IMG/VR virus record: IMGVR_UViG_3300008516_000159
Source of the DNA: a virus
Strand: one strand, 5' to 3'
DNA: 64,000 nucleotides
Below, one piece after another: positions 1 to 8,544 of the stretch; the first letter of the stretch is position 1, and every line of letters starts with the position of its first letter. The position numbers were made by a program, and so were the translations under genes. The notes below the pieces were generated by a model that was not told the origin of the DNA, made no database searches, and saw nothing but the letters and a program-made list of their open reading frames with translations.

Positions 1-219
1 TTCGTTGATCGACGAACAGATTGTAGCCGGGAACCCTTTGTAATTCTTAAAGGCCGGTATTGCACCACGTTTCTCTATAAACGCTTCCGCCTTTTTATCT
101 AGCCATTCCGTGGTAACGCCGATTTTTACAATCTCTCTCAAATACTCAAGCAGTTCGGCAATGATCCTGCAGGACTGTCTGATATACTTAAGCTCTGTCT
201 CGTTCTTCAACTCGTGCAT
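1..219 (-). CDS. map: Methionine aminopeptidase type I, N-terminal part (runs off window edge)
   Basis: Not in ORF track; hand translation from ATG at 219 gives MHELKNETELKYIRQSCRIIAELL...TTEWLDKKAEAFIEKRGAIPAFKNYKGFPATICSSINE, the typical MetAP-I N-terminus (PAF..Y.GFP..IC.S.NE). Confidence 0.92.
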   Translation of the reverse strand, partial: MHELKNETELKYIRQSCRIIAELLEYLREIVKIGVTTEWLDKKAEAFIEKRGAIPAFKNYKGFPATICSSINE

Positions 220-252
220 CCTGCTCTGTATATATGCTTCGCGAAAATTAAT

Positions 253-324
253 TAGCCCGTAGGGGAATCGAACCCCTATCATCAGGTTGAAGGCCTGGCG
301 AACTGACCATTATTCGAACGGGCC
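253..324 (-). tRNA. tRNA-Glu(TTC), atypical (C33, C27-A43 mismatch), no encoded CCA
   Basis: Cloverleaf GGCCCGT...CCAGG-CCTTCAA-CCTGA...AGGGG-TTCGATT-CCCCT-ACGGGCT-A. Confidence 0.85.
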
Positions 325-528
325 TTATGCGTATTTCAACAAAATCTTTACTACTTCTTTTCTATTCGACACATTGCGAGATGGAATAAGACAATATCTA
401 TCCTTGAATACTTCTATTTCGCAGGATCTTGGATTATACTGGAAAACCAGATCCATACCCCAGGTAGTAAACGTACCCTCTTTTCCAAAATATTCTATTT
501 CTCCATTTGGATATATTCCGATTATCAT
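325..528 (-). CDS. hypothetical protein
   Basis: 67 aa ORF co-oriented with neighbours; ends in EVVKILL motif. Confidence 0.6.
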   Translation of the reverse strand: MIIGIYPNGEIEYFGKEGTFTTWGMDLVFQYNPRSCEIEVFKDRYCLIPSRNVSNRKEVVKILLKYA

Positions 529-609
529 AACCTAAACATGACGACCAAAGGTTGTGCTTTCGTCAGTACACTCCATTAAAAACGTATCGCCTATTTGCGG
601 GCCGTTGTG

Positions 610-936
610 TCATTTTTCTTTCTCAAATATATTTGTCACCAAATGTTTCTTAAATACATCTGGTACAGTTGTTGTTGCCGATTCGACGTGTACGCCTTCT
701 AGCACTATGTCCTTGTCGCGATATATGTCCCACCCGAATCTATATGGGTCATCCTCATCTTCCTGAAAATATATGAAATCACCGCGGGCCTTCCAAACAT
801 CCCAGAGTCCATCTTTAGCTTGGTGCTTGCGATTTATTTTCATCAAATACTGCTCTACAACATCTTGTTGACGATTAGGGTACGCGATATATATGGCGCT
901 TCCTGGCTTTAATTTTCCAAAGGCCTCTTGTGTCAT
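610..936 (-). CDS. hypothetical protein
   Basis: 108 aa ORF; C-terminal KKHLVTNIF motif. Confidence 0.65.
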   Translation of the reverse strand: MTQEAFGKLKPGSAIYIAYPNRQQDVVEQYLMKINRKHQAKDGLWDVWKARGDFIYFQEDEDDPYRFGWDIYRDKDIVLEGVHVESATTTVPDVFKKHLVTNIFEKEK

Positions 937-1056
937 TTTTTGTTACCCCAGATTTATTATGACATATTCAGATACAGACAGTACTATCTTTTCAAATCCA
1001 TGTATAACGCCAACTGCGTGGCACAAATTGCCGAGCTCCTGGCGCGCCCGTGACTA

Positions 1057-1251
1057 TCATATTTTATCTTCCAAAAGATACTTAGCAGTAGCTTTTTTCC
1101 GGGCTCTCGCTTCAGCCGCAACATGAAGATCGTGATCTAAACCGGCTATTTCATCGCCCAAGTTGTCCCAAAAATAAAGAGGGTCCACCTCGGCCTCAAT
1201 AACATATTCCTCACCGGCATATTCAACTTCCATATAAACCTTTGCTTTCAT
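1057..1251 (-). CDS. hypothetical protein
   Basis: 64 aa ORF with AAGAGG upstream; ends in TAKYLL motif. Confidence 0.65.
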   Translation of the reverse strand: MKAKVYMEVEYAGEEYVIEAEVDPLYFWDNLGDEIAGLDHDLHVAAEARARKKATAKYLLEDKI

Positions 1252-1263
1252 AATAACCTTCTT

Positions 1264-1335
1264 TAGCCCCGATGAGAATTGAACTCACGTCTCGAGATTG
1301 AGAATCTCGTGGCCTTACCACTAGCCGACAGGGCC
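1264..1335 (-). tRNA. tRNA-Glu(CTC), no encoded CCA
   Basis: Cloverleaf GGCCCTG...CGAGA-TTCTCAA-TCTCG...GTGAG-TTCAATT-CTCAT-CGGGGCT-A. Confidence 0.92.
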
Positions 1336-1562
1336 TAACAATCTTCTGCGCCTTGATTTTCCAGAAGAGCCTCTTTAGCGCGAAATCTCCTGTCTACCCG
1401 CCACTCTTCTTTGAGCCTGGAAAAAAGGTCCTTGGTGTCATTGCCATATATACCAGCACAATAGTAAACACCGCTGTCAACGTATCTGGCGTTTTCTTCA
1501 AAGAACTCGAACAGTGCTTTTTCGTCTGGAATGTTCCAGAGACTATTGCGAAAACCTCTCAT
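1335..1562 (-). CDS. hypothetical protein (start adjusted to MRGFRN)
   Basis: ORF track 1335..1595; ATG at 1562 follows the promoter and an AAGGAAG site. Confidence 0.6.
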   Translation of the reverse strand: MRGFRNSLWNIPDEKALFEFFEENARYVDSGVYYCAGIYGNDTKDLFSRLKEEWRVDRRFRAKEALLENQGAEDC

Positions 1563-1581
1563 ATTTTTCTTCCTTATTACT

Positions 1582-1610
1582 ATTATATATGTCAAAGAGC
1601 ATATTGTAAA
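1582..1610 (-). promoter_or_regulatory. sigma70-like promoter TTTACA-N17-TATAAT
   Basis: Near-consensus hexamers with exactly 17-nt spacer. Confidence 0.7.
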
Positions 1611-1632
1611 GTCCTTTATTCAACAACAAGCG

Positions 1633-1661
1633 AAAAAAAATCCCTCATCAACTGATGAGGG
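1633..1661 (-). terminator. Rho-independent terminator
   Basis: CCCTCATCA-GT-TGATGAGGG hairpin followed by A and T8. Confidence 0.75.
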
Positions 1662-1688
1662 AGTATAAGTCACAAGCGTATTACTCCC

Positions 1689-1745
1689 TCACATATCATC
1701 ACCTTCCTCATTGGTATTCATCGTTGTGAGAGATAAAAATTGCAT
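1689..1745 (-). CDS. possible 18-aa leader peptide MQFLSLTTMNTNEEGDDM
   Basis: Hand translation; AGGA upstream; stop codon overlaps the 5' arm of a hairpin that competes with the terminator. Confidence 0.3.
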   Translation of the reverse strand: MQFLSLTTMNTNEEGDDM

Positions 1746-1814
1746 TTTCTGTTGTTCTATCCTTTGCCTTTATGTATGTCTTATCTTGGTAACTTTCGGC
1801 TAAAACATTAAGAA

Positions 1815-2198
1815 TTATTCGCCTTCATAGAGTTCCTTGAATCTGGCGTACTTGGCAACCCCATACTTGGCGATCATGAGCTCGCGGCAACCTTTGAGCT
1901 TAAAAAGCCTGATTGTATGCATGTGCTGATGATTGTCATATGTTGTAAGATCTATAGTTACGGCGCGAACATGGCTATTCATAATCAGCGTGGTAGGAGG
2001 ACCTGGTGAGTGTTTTTCTATGTACTTTTCGTCTGTATAATCAGTTACAAACTTTACACAAAGCTTGCGGATTTTATCAATAAGTGTTTTGAGATCGTCT
2101 TCTACCCACAAGTACGGCTGCAAATGGATCATACCTGTGCTAGACTCTCCGCCGGAGTGTCGTGTGTGAACGTTAGCTGACCATATATATATTGTCAT
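1815..2198 (-). CDS. hypothetical protein
   Basis: 127 aa ORF preceded by GCATATATA motif. Confidence 0.7.
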   Translation of the reverse strand: MTIYIWSANVHTRHSGGESSTGMIHLQPYLWVEDDLKTLIDKIRKLCVKFVTDYTDEKYIEKHSPGPPTTLIMNSHVRAVTIDLTTYDNHQHMHTIRLFKLKGCRELMIAKYGVAKYARFKELYEGE

Positions 2199-2213
2199 GT
2201 TTTTATATATGCC

Positions 2214-3062
2214 CTAACTGTAAATTAAAACCTCAGAAACCTTGGGTCTTCTGTTTTTATTAGGGCCCATGATATATTGGTGGTCCACTATAGTGTGATC
2301 GAAGTCTTTGTATATTTTGAGCAGCTTCTTGTTCTTTTTACCTTTGTATAGATATATATTACTCAATATGAACTTGGCGCCACGATCGTGAGCTTTGAAG
2401 ATTTCTTCGTGCAACAATCGCTCTCGTTCTTCATCCCAGACAAAACCACAATATCGATTATAGTCAGTACTTAGATATGGAGGATCTGCATATATAATAT
2501 CACCTTTGCCAGCCATTCGGATAGTATCCTCGAAAGAACAAACATCAAAGAGTTTTTTGCCTTCGTTCAATATCCTACTGGCCTCCATTATTACTTTGCC
2601 GTATTCTTCTGTGTAAACGCAACCATTGGTTTTCTTGGAACCGCGTTTGCCCCATGGAACATTCCAACAATTGTCTTTGTTGAACCTGATAAGACCGTTG
2701 AAACCAGAACGAACCAAAAATATAAACAGGGCGGCTCTATCTACCGTCGGCATTTCTCCTTTTTCGCTATTATATTCTTCTCTGGCTATATAATAAAACT
2801 CTCCTCCACGCGTCCACAACATAGCTGTATACTTGCGAAGCTGCTCTTTTATTCCTTTTGGATCGTCCTTTATGGCTTCCATTACCATGGGAGATTCTGG
2901 TATTATATCTGAACAAAACGCTTGCTTAGGGTTGACATTCAAAAGAACGACACCGGAACCCAAAAATGGCTCATAATAACAGTTATATTCTTGCGGCATC
3001 AAATCCAGAATATGTTTCACCAGCTTTGCTTTGGATCCAGTCCATTTGAGGGGAGATCTCAT
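2214..3062 (-). CDS. dam: DNA adenine methyltransferase (Dam/D12 class)
   Basis: N-terminal SPLKWTGSK, YYEPFLGSG (motif I), GFNGLIRFN, YADPPY (motif IV). Confidence 0.93.
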   Translation of the reverse strand: MRSPLKWTGSKAKLVKHILDLMPQEYNCYYEPFLGSGVVLLNVNPKQAFCSDIIPESPMVMEAIKDDPKGIKEQLRKYTAMLWTRGGEFYYIAREEYNSEKGEMPTVDRAALFIFLVRSGFNGLIRFNKDNCWNVPWGKRGSKKTNGCVYTEEYGKVIMEASRILNEGKKLFDVCSFEDTIRMAGKGDIIYADPPYLSTDYNRYCGFVWDEERERLLHEEIFKAHDRGAKFILSNIYLYKGKKNKKLLKIYKDFDHTIVDHQYIMGPNKNRRPKVSEVLIYS

Positions 3063-3331
3063 TTAGTAAGCTCTTTTTTTGCCACTTCTCTTTTTATAAG
3101 TTTCTTCATATTAACCGACTTTCTGTTTGAGCAGATGGTACAGGCGAACGGTATGTTCATTCCGTGAATAGAAATAACAACCTTGGCTGTGTTACTAACC
3201 AACTTTTCTATGGTGTTCGATCCGAAGTTGCTTAGCCTGGTCTTGTAAGATCTCCACGCGTCAGGCTCGCTATAACAGTCAGGGTGTTCCGGACAATCGA
3301 CATGTTCGCAAAAGTCTTTTATATAATCCAT
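3059..3331 (-). CDS. hypothetical Cys-rich protein
   Basis: 90 aa ORF overlapping dam start by ATGA. Confidence 0.65.
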   Translation of the reverse strand: MDYIKDFCEHVDCPEHPDCYSEPDAWRSYKTRLSNFGSNTIEKLVSNTAKVVISIHGMNIPFACTICSNRKSVNMKKLIKREVAKKELTK

Positions 3332-3339
3332 TTGTTCTT

Positions 3340-4236
3340 TTAATGAGTCTGATCATATTTTTCTATTTTTTTAAGTACCTTATCATGTGCTTCAGAATAT
3401 ATTTCTTGAATATCTGGATCGTAGAAATTATAGAACCTATTTTCCTGCGGCTCCTTGCCTACTTTGTTCATGAATCGCTTTTGAAAATCTTTTAGGTCCT
3501 TGCCGTATATGTGATACGAGTCAGCATGCCAATTGAGCCGATTCATGTATATATCACACGGGGTTTCCATGTAAGATTGAATCTTGGGTATAACCACGTC
3601 TCTGGTAAATATGGTTATGCCAAACATATTCATAAAGGCCGCGCCAAAGGCATCATTCGAACGGATCCTCACATTGGTATGTATATACCATTCCTTGCGA
3701 TAATCTTCGGTAGTGTTTTCCGTGATTCGATACCATATTGATTGGAGACAGGGCGGGTCATAAATGTTATTATCCAAAAAAGGCATCCACGTTGTCATTT
3801 GAGCCTGTCTTGTATATGGTTGTTCAGCCAGTTTGCGGGCGACTATATCCACTTGGTCTATCGGGTTGCCTATTCTAACCTTCTTTGTCCCGTCAAACTC
3901 ATAGTATGTGCCCCATTCAGCGAACCTTTGATGGTATGTATATTCCCACCGTTTGTCGTCAGGATCGTTCATGTTCTTTGTCCAATGATCTTTGTGTCCT
4001 TTGAGTTCTAATACATATTCATGAAGGTCCTCTATCCCGCCTGGAAACACTTTATGAATCATGGGGTCGGCCAGTGGTTCATCGACCGTTATGTTCATTG
4101 TAGCGTCAACACTTGGAGGATTATCGCCGTCATATTGGGTTTTTATTCTTATTCCGTTTTTCCAGAGCTCTTTTAGCGCGGACTCATGCGCCTGCGCGAG
4201 CGTTGCGGCTCTAACGGTTAATACTGGTATAGGCAT
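3340..4236 (-). CDS. thyA: Thymidylate synthase-family protein (divergent, dUMP-type)
   Basis: DPPCL catalytic Cys, RSND, conserved Asn (AFMN), SYHIY motif. Confidence 0.85.
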   Translation of the reverse strand: MPIPVLTVRAATLAQAHESALKELWKNGIRIKTQYDGDNPPSVDATMNITVDEPLADPMIHKVFPGGIEDLHEYVLELKGHKDHWTKNMNDPDDKRWEYTYHQRFAEWGTYYEFDGTKKVRIGNPIDQVDIVARKLAEQPYTRQAQMTTWMPFLDNNIYDPPCLQSIWYRITENTTEDYRKEWYIHTNVRIRSNDAFGAAFMNMFGITIFTRDVVIPKIQSYMETPCDIYMNRLNWHADSYHIYGKDLKDFQKRFMNKVGKEPQENRFYNFYDPDIQEIYSEAHDKVLKKIEKYDQTH

Positions 4237-4238
4237 TA

Positions 4239-4655
4239 TTATATTTCCTTTGTATAGATTGTATATACTTTTATTGGTTCATCATTGTTAACATATACAA
4301 ACGTATGTAACGCATTAAACTCCACGGCACACGTCAATACGGCGCTCCTGATTAAAAGGCCGCTCTTCTTGACTATTTTTTCAAACCAATTGGCTACCTC
4401 TTGAACATCCGAATAGTTACGCAAATCACCAAATACATTGATCGTATACTGAGCCATACAGCTTGGGTTAGGATTTTGCCATATGTTAATCTGAACACTT
4501 CCCTCGCTACCGCAAGGCACGTTACACTCGTCCCATTTCTCTTCAGGATCATCGTAGTCAACTGTCTTGAATAAATCGCCAAACAGAGGTTTTGGTATTA
4601 AGCCTCCTAATCCATCAACTCTAATGCTTCCGTTTATGTGTGACCACTGAGACAT
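4239..4655 (-). CDS. hypothetical protein
   Basis: 138 aa ORF abutting neighbours. Confidence 0.75.
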   Translation of the reverse strand: MSQWSHINGSIRVDGLGGLIPKPLFGDLFKTVDYDDPEEKWDECNVPCGSEGSVQINIWQNPNPSCMAQYTINVFGDLRNYSDVQEVANWFEKIVKKSGLLIRSAVLTCAVEFNALHTFVYVNNDEPIKVYTIYTKEI

Positions 4656-4658
4656 ACT

Positions 4659-4907
4659 TTATTCCTTGAGTCGTTTCTTTGCTGTATCTCTCACTATTGT
4701 ATCCATGAGTTCATCAGGCATAAAAAACTCAGAGTTCTCAGGATGGTCGCCGGGGATAGAACGAATAAAATGCCAGCCGCACGAGTTGTCATCGTACCAA
4801 AATCTATAATGGGCGATGCCGCCCGAGTATACTTTGCTGAATTCATATACTTCAGTTTTTTTTACTTGCTCTAAGAATGTTACAGTTTTTATTTCAAGCT
4901 TTGACAT
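4659..4907 (-). CDS. hypothetical protein
   Basis: 82 aa ORF abutting neighbours. Confidence 0.65.
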   Translation of the reverse strand: MSKLEIKTVTFLEQVKKTEVYEFSKVYSGGIAHYRFWYDDNSCGWHFIRSIPGDHPENSEFFMPDELMDTIVRDTAKKRLKE

Positions 4908-4910
4908 GGG

Positions 4911-5276
4911 TTAGTCTGGCACAATCACATGAAATCCATCTTTCGGATCCCATTCGTAGCTCAGCCTTGGATCGAGACTGTTGATTGGGCATCTCCAAAA
5001 ATCAAAGTTAACGTTGTCCGGGCAAAACATCTTGATAGCCTCGTGTAATCCATGAGGACCTTCGCCACCATATCCGATTGAGAAACCGGAAGCACTGTAA
5101 GACGTCTGATCCTCAAAGAAGAACTGACACCGAATATCCATGGTGGTTCCGCCAAGAATTCTCACACCAATTAGTTCAGCCCCGTCGTCTTTGATTTTCT
5201 TGAGGGCATCAATGCTAATGGCCGTTACCCCATCATAATCTGCCCCACGACTTGCGAACTTAAGAATACCATCCAT
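4911..5276 (-). CDS. hypothetical protein
   Basis: 121 aa ORF with AGGAG RBS. Confidence 0.75.
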   Translation of the reverse strand: MDGILKFASRGADYDGVTAISIDALKKIKDDGAELIGVRILGGTTMDIRCQFFFEDQTSYSASGFSIGYGGEGPHGLHEAIKMFCPDNVNFDFWRCPINSLDPRLSYEWDPKDGFHVIVPD

Positions 5277-5288
5277 TTTTCACTCCTG

Positions 5289-5486
5289 TCATCTTTTAAG
5301 TATAATAGCGAAAATAACAACTACTATTATAATAAATGCTACCAATGCCGCGGCAATCCATAAGGGAGAAAATACCCAAATCCAGCGCCAATCGATAACA
5401 CCAGTAAGCTTAAGAACCAAGAACACAACAAACAAAACAGCCGATAATCCTAAACTACGACCGCCTGATGCTGAAGCAGTACTCAT
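5289..5486 (-). CDS. small membrane protein (LKLTGVIDW.W.WV.SPLW type, common in phages)
   Basis: Start adjusted to MSTAS after AGGAG; two hydrophobic segments. Confidence 0.75.
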   Translation of the reverse strand: MSTASASGGRSLGLSAVLFVVFLVLKLTGVIDWRWIWVFSPLWIAAALVAFIIIVVVIFAIILKR

Positions 5487-5536
5487 TTGTTTCTCCTTTC
5501 TTGTTATATATGTTTTATCAGTCCTTATTGTGATGA

Positions 5537-5671
5537 TTATTGCACCCTTTTGCTTACGAGACGCATGATTCCACAACAAATGGCTGCAGTGATCAACGGT
5601 ACCACAATAACTGCCACGTACCAAACCGCAGTATTTGTGGCAAGGTTCCCAAATAGGCTAGTTGTAATCAT
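5537..5671 (-). CDS. small membrane protein, 44 aa
   Basis: Hand translation MITTSLFGNLATNTAVWYVAVIVVPLITAAICCGIMRLVSKRVQ after GGAAGGTGG. Confidence 0.45.
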   Translation of the reverse strand: MITTSLFGNLATNTAVWYVAVIVVPLITAAICCGIMRLVSKRVQ

Positions 5672-5706
5672 TTTGCCACCTTCCCCTACATATTTTTAGG
5701 ATCATT

Positions 5707-5919
5707 TCAACCCAAAGCCTTGCTTATTTCGGGAGTAAATCCACCAAACCCTTTTAGTCTATCAGTAATCAATAGCATTATTTTTGCTTCTCTCTGTAGT
5801 GCACTCTCAAACTCAGAATTCTTTGTGGTATTCATACCGGGCGACGGCAAAAATCTGTACCATCTACACAGCTCCATACGAGTTGCCTTTTGTACTTCTT
5901 CAATAGTCGGATATTCCAT
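5707..5919 (-). CDS. hypothetical protein
   Basis: 70 aa ORF abutting neighbours. Confidence 0.65.
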   Translation of the reverse strand: MEYPTIEEVQKATRMELCRWYRFLPSPGMNTTKNSEFESALQREAKIMLLITDRLKGFGGFTPEISKALG

Positions 5920-6132
5920 TTACTCCACCGATTCAAACAGTTTTTTGCACATCTTGCTATTATAAACAGAAAGAGTTGAGTTAGAAGCTTGCGCGCCGCA
6001 CATATCTATAAGAAGCTGCGACTCGCGCCATCGACATATTGCGCAATTTGGCTTTGTTTTTCTGCGAGGCTTCTTACCGCTCAATAACACTTTAGCGGCC
6101 GCCCTTTTGATTTCTTTACTTTTCACGGTCAT
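5920..6132 (-). CDS. hypothetical protein with CxxC motif
   Basis: 70 aa; N-terminal AAAKVLL motif. Confidence 0.6.
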   Translation of the reverse strand: MTVKSKEIKRAAAKVLLSGKKPRRKTKPNCAICRWRESQLLIDMCGAQASNSTLSVYNSKMCKKLFESVE

Positions 6133-6418
6133 AGAACCCTTCTGTATATTCGGCCGCGCGCCTCAACGCTACAGATTTTCCGCGCTGCAGCCGTTCGTTT
6201 TCAGGTTTGTTTTTATAGTCGCCGTTTAATATGCCTTCGTCTATCGCAGATTTCCATTTATAAAATATGCGTGATAAATCAGACGCGTTTACATAAACGT
6301 CTTTGTCTCGAATCAAAGTACGAACACCAACAAAAGGCCTGTTGTTTTCTTCGGCTTTCTTTTCTTCTTCTTTTAATAATACTTTCGCTGCCTTTTTCTT
6401 AAGCTCGCGGTCCTTCAT
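6116..6418 (-). CDS. hypothetical protein
   Basis: 100 aa; N-terminal AAKVLL motif; GAGGG RBS. Confidence 0.7.
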   Translation of the reverse strand: MKDRELKKKAAKVLLKEEEKKAEENNRPFVGVRTLIRDKDVYVNASDLSRIFYKWKSAIDEGILNGDYKNKPENERLQRGKSVALRRAAEYTEGFYDREK

Positions 6419-7265
6419 TTTCCCTCTTTGAGTTGTATATTTTATAAACTATTCTCTGTTGATTCGGAGAAATATAACCTTTTTTGTTGAGCTGTTCGTA
6501 GACTGATTTAACAAAGTCAGAAGGGTCATGAGCCATTAGAAAGGATAACACCTGAGGAGCTTTTTCTTTCATGATGAGAGACCTGGCATATTCTTCTTGT
6601 TTGTCAGAAATCCTGCCATTCCTGATGAATCTGTCCCGGATATCCCTGATTATATAGTTGCTTCCTGAATACCTGATTAGCCACTTGTATTTTTCGTTCT
6701 GCTTGTCCAATTGTTCCTGGATTCTTTTCGATCTCTCGGCGACTTGCTTGGCAAAGTCCTGAGCTCTTTCAAGTTCTTTGTCAAGTCCAAGATCCAGAAT
6801 ATCGTTGATTTGTTGTTTAGAAAGGATGGCCTTGTTTATTGCAACATCGCGCAACAGATCCTTTGCTTGTTCGCGCATGAAATATTTGATGGTCAACTGT
6901 CGCTTATCTTCTATTGAGAACTTTTCGTAAGATTCTTTATCGATATCAGATCTCATTTCTTTGCGGGCTATCAGGACGGTTTTTCGTATCCTCTTGAGAA
7001 GACCTAGAGCTAAATCGATGTCAACGCCCCTCCCTTGAAAATGGTGAATACACTCAGAACCCACATCGAGCTGCCTATGTGTCTTAAGGTTTTCTATGGT
7101 GAATTGGTATACACAATGCTGATGTCCGCAGAGTTCACAATTGAATGGATAATAACTGGTTTTTATTAGTTTGAACTCATCGGTGGGTGAAGAGGAAATG
7201 TTAGCCAAGCTGATTTCTATTTTTGTTTGAAATGAGCTTGATTTGTATTCTTTATAAAGATCCAT
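6399..7265 (-). CDS. hypothetical protein with N-terminal Zn-binding motif
   Basis: CELCGH..C...VGSECIHH; duplicated C-terminal G.IS..Q motif. Confidence 0.75.
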   Translation of the reverse strand: MDLYKEYKSSSFQTKIEISLANISSSPTDEFKLIKTSYYPFNCELCGHQHCVYQFTIENLKTHRQLDVGSECIHHFQGRGVDIDLALGLLKRIRKTVLIARKEMRSDIDKESYEKFSIEDKRQLTIKYFMREQAKDLLRDVAINKAILSKQQINDILDLGLDKELERAQDFAKQVAERSKRIQEQLDKQNEKYKWLIRYSGSNYIIRDIRDRFIRNGRISDKQEEYARSLIMKEKAPQVLSFLMAHDPSDFVKSVYEQLNKKGYISPNQQRIVYKIYNSKRENEGPRA

Positions 7266-7360
7266 TTTGTTCTCCTTGTATATAATATAACACAGGACCG
7301 TGTATTTGTAAAGCTAATTCGAATATCCTAAACATATTCGAAGGCCGCCTTGAAATCACC

Positions 7361-7546
7361 CTAGGCATAGATTCTATATTTTCGAAGCACATCGTCAGCT
7401 GTACGGTAGGCTCTATCAACATCACACACCACACTTCGTGTCATAGAGCACCATCGAAGATTCTTTGTTACGTCCTTCAAAGCTTCTTCATAATCTGACA
7501 CCTTGTGTTCTAAAATTCGGATCTCTTCTTCAGTCATATCCCCCAC
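7361..7546 (-). CDS. hypothetical coiled-coil protein
   Basis: 61 aa ORF after GAGGAG and ACATATATA motif. Confidence 0.6.
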   Translation of the reverse strand: MGDMTEEEIRILEHKVSDYEEALKDVTKNLRWCSMTRSVVCDVDRAYRTADDVLRKYRIYA

Positions 7547-7576
7547 TCCTCTCGTGTGTTTATATATGTTATATCC

Positions 7577-7924
7577 TTAAAACTCAAAACCTATGCTGAC
7601 GTTGGTAGATAAATATGTATCTGCGGGAAGAGGGAAACTGACGAAATACTCTACCTCTATCAAAAACCAATCCATGAAGATCTTCCCTCCGAAATGGGAT
7701 TCAATATCATAGATATAAAATAAACCTTCCCTTTCGGCGCCGAAAGCCTCCACGCAAAACTCAAGGCCACTATATAAATCAATCTCGCTTCCTACCAAGA
7801 AAGGAAAATTGTAGCCGATCTCTAGGTGAGTGTTGTGTCCAAACGCCCCGCTACCGAAGAAATCGGCCATACTCAGAAGCGGAACAAATACAAACAACAG
7901 AGCGATGATGATTAGCTTTCTCAT
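7577..7924 (-). CDS. exported beta-barrel-like protein B
   Basis: Signal peptide, alternating beta pattern, C-terminal SIGFEF; paralogous to 9150..9539. Confidence 0.7.
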   Translation of the reverse strand: MRKLIIIALLFVFVPLLSMADFFGSGAFGHNTHLEIGYNFPFLVGSEIDLYSGLEFCVEAFGAEREGLFYIYDIESHFGGKIFMDWFLIEVEYFVSFPLPADTYLSTNVSIGFEF

Positions 7925-7966
7925 TTTGAATCCCTTTCTAATATATATTTGATATCCATTGTTTAG

Positions 7967-8503
7967 TCAGTCAATCACATAGGGAAGATCTGAAAGGATC
8001 ATATATCCATTGGCACGGGCCATCGCCATATCATAAGGTATGCTATCTACAATATCCCACCACTCAGCGGTTGCCTTTTCATAAGGGTCAGGACAACTTG
8101 TGGGATCGTAATAATACTCGCCATATTCGCTGATGGCGTGAAAACCTCCTTCGTAAACTTCCAACACTAACATAGGGCACTTCACATCAAAATAATAATA
8201 AACCAAATACATAAATAGAATTGCATGATCTTCACAATCACCAGTACGATCTTCAAGGGTAACGTGTGGAGGTTGCCAGTACTCTGGCATTCCCCACTTG
8301 CTCATATCACTCATATATGAGATATTGAAGTAAACCCACTTGTTTATACTCTCGAAATCTACGGCGACCTCATCGAGATCCGCATCATAATACTTGTGAA
8401 AGTCATCATCCCAAGGGTTTCCGTCCTCCCGTACTTGGGTAACACACCCACATACAGAAAGAAACAGAGACATCGAGATTAAAAGAATAACAAGTTTTCT
8501 CAT
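7967..8503 (-). CDS. transglutaminase-like cysteine protease lipoprotein B (BTLCP-like)
   Basis: Start adjusted to MRKLVILL; lipobox SVCGC; TGDCEDHAI Cys, FHAI His, YDPT Asp. Confidence 0.8.
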   Translation of the reverse strand: MRKLVILLISMSLFLSVCGCVTQVREDGNPWDDDFHKYYDADLDEVAVDFESINKWVYFNISYMSDMSKWGMPEYWQPPHVTLEDRTGDCEDHAILFMYLVYYYFDVKCPMLVLEVYEGGFHAISEYGEYYYDPTSCPDPYEKATAEWWDIVDSIPYDMAMARANGYMILSDLPYVID

Positions 8504-8544
8504 TTTTAAACCTTTCTTGATATATGTTATGTCCATTATTTTTT

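Noticed and set aside
253-324. Reading the anticodon as TCA (opal suppressor) and inferring stop-codon recoding
   Set aside because: Placing TCA at positions 34-36 breaks the anticodon stem. Known genes end normally at TGA, TAG and TAA and are full length in the standard code.
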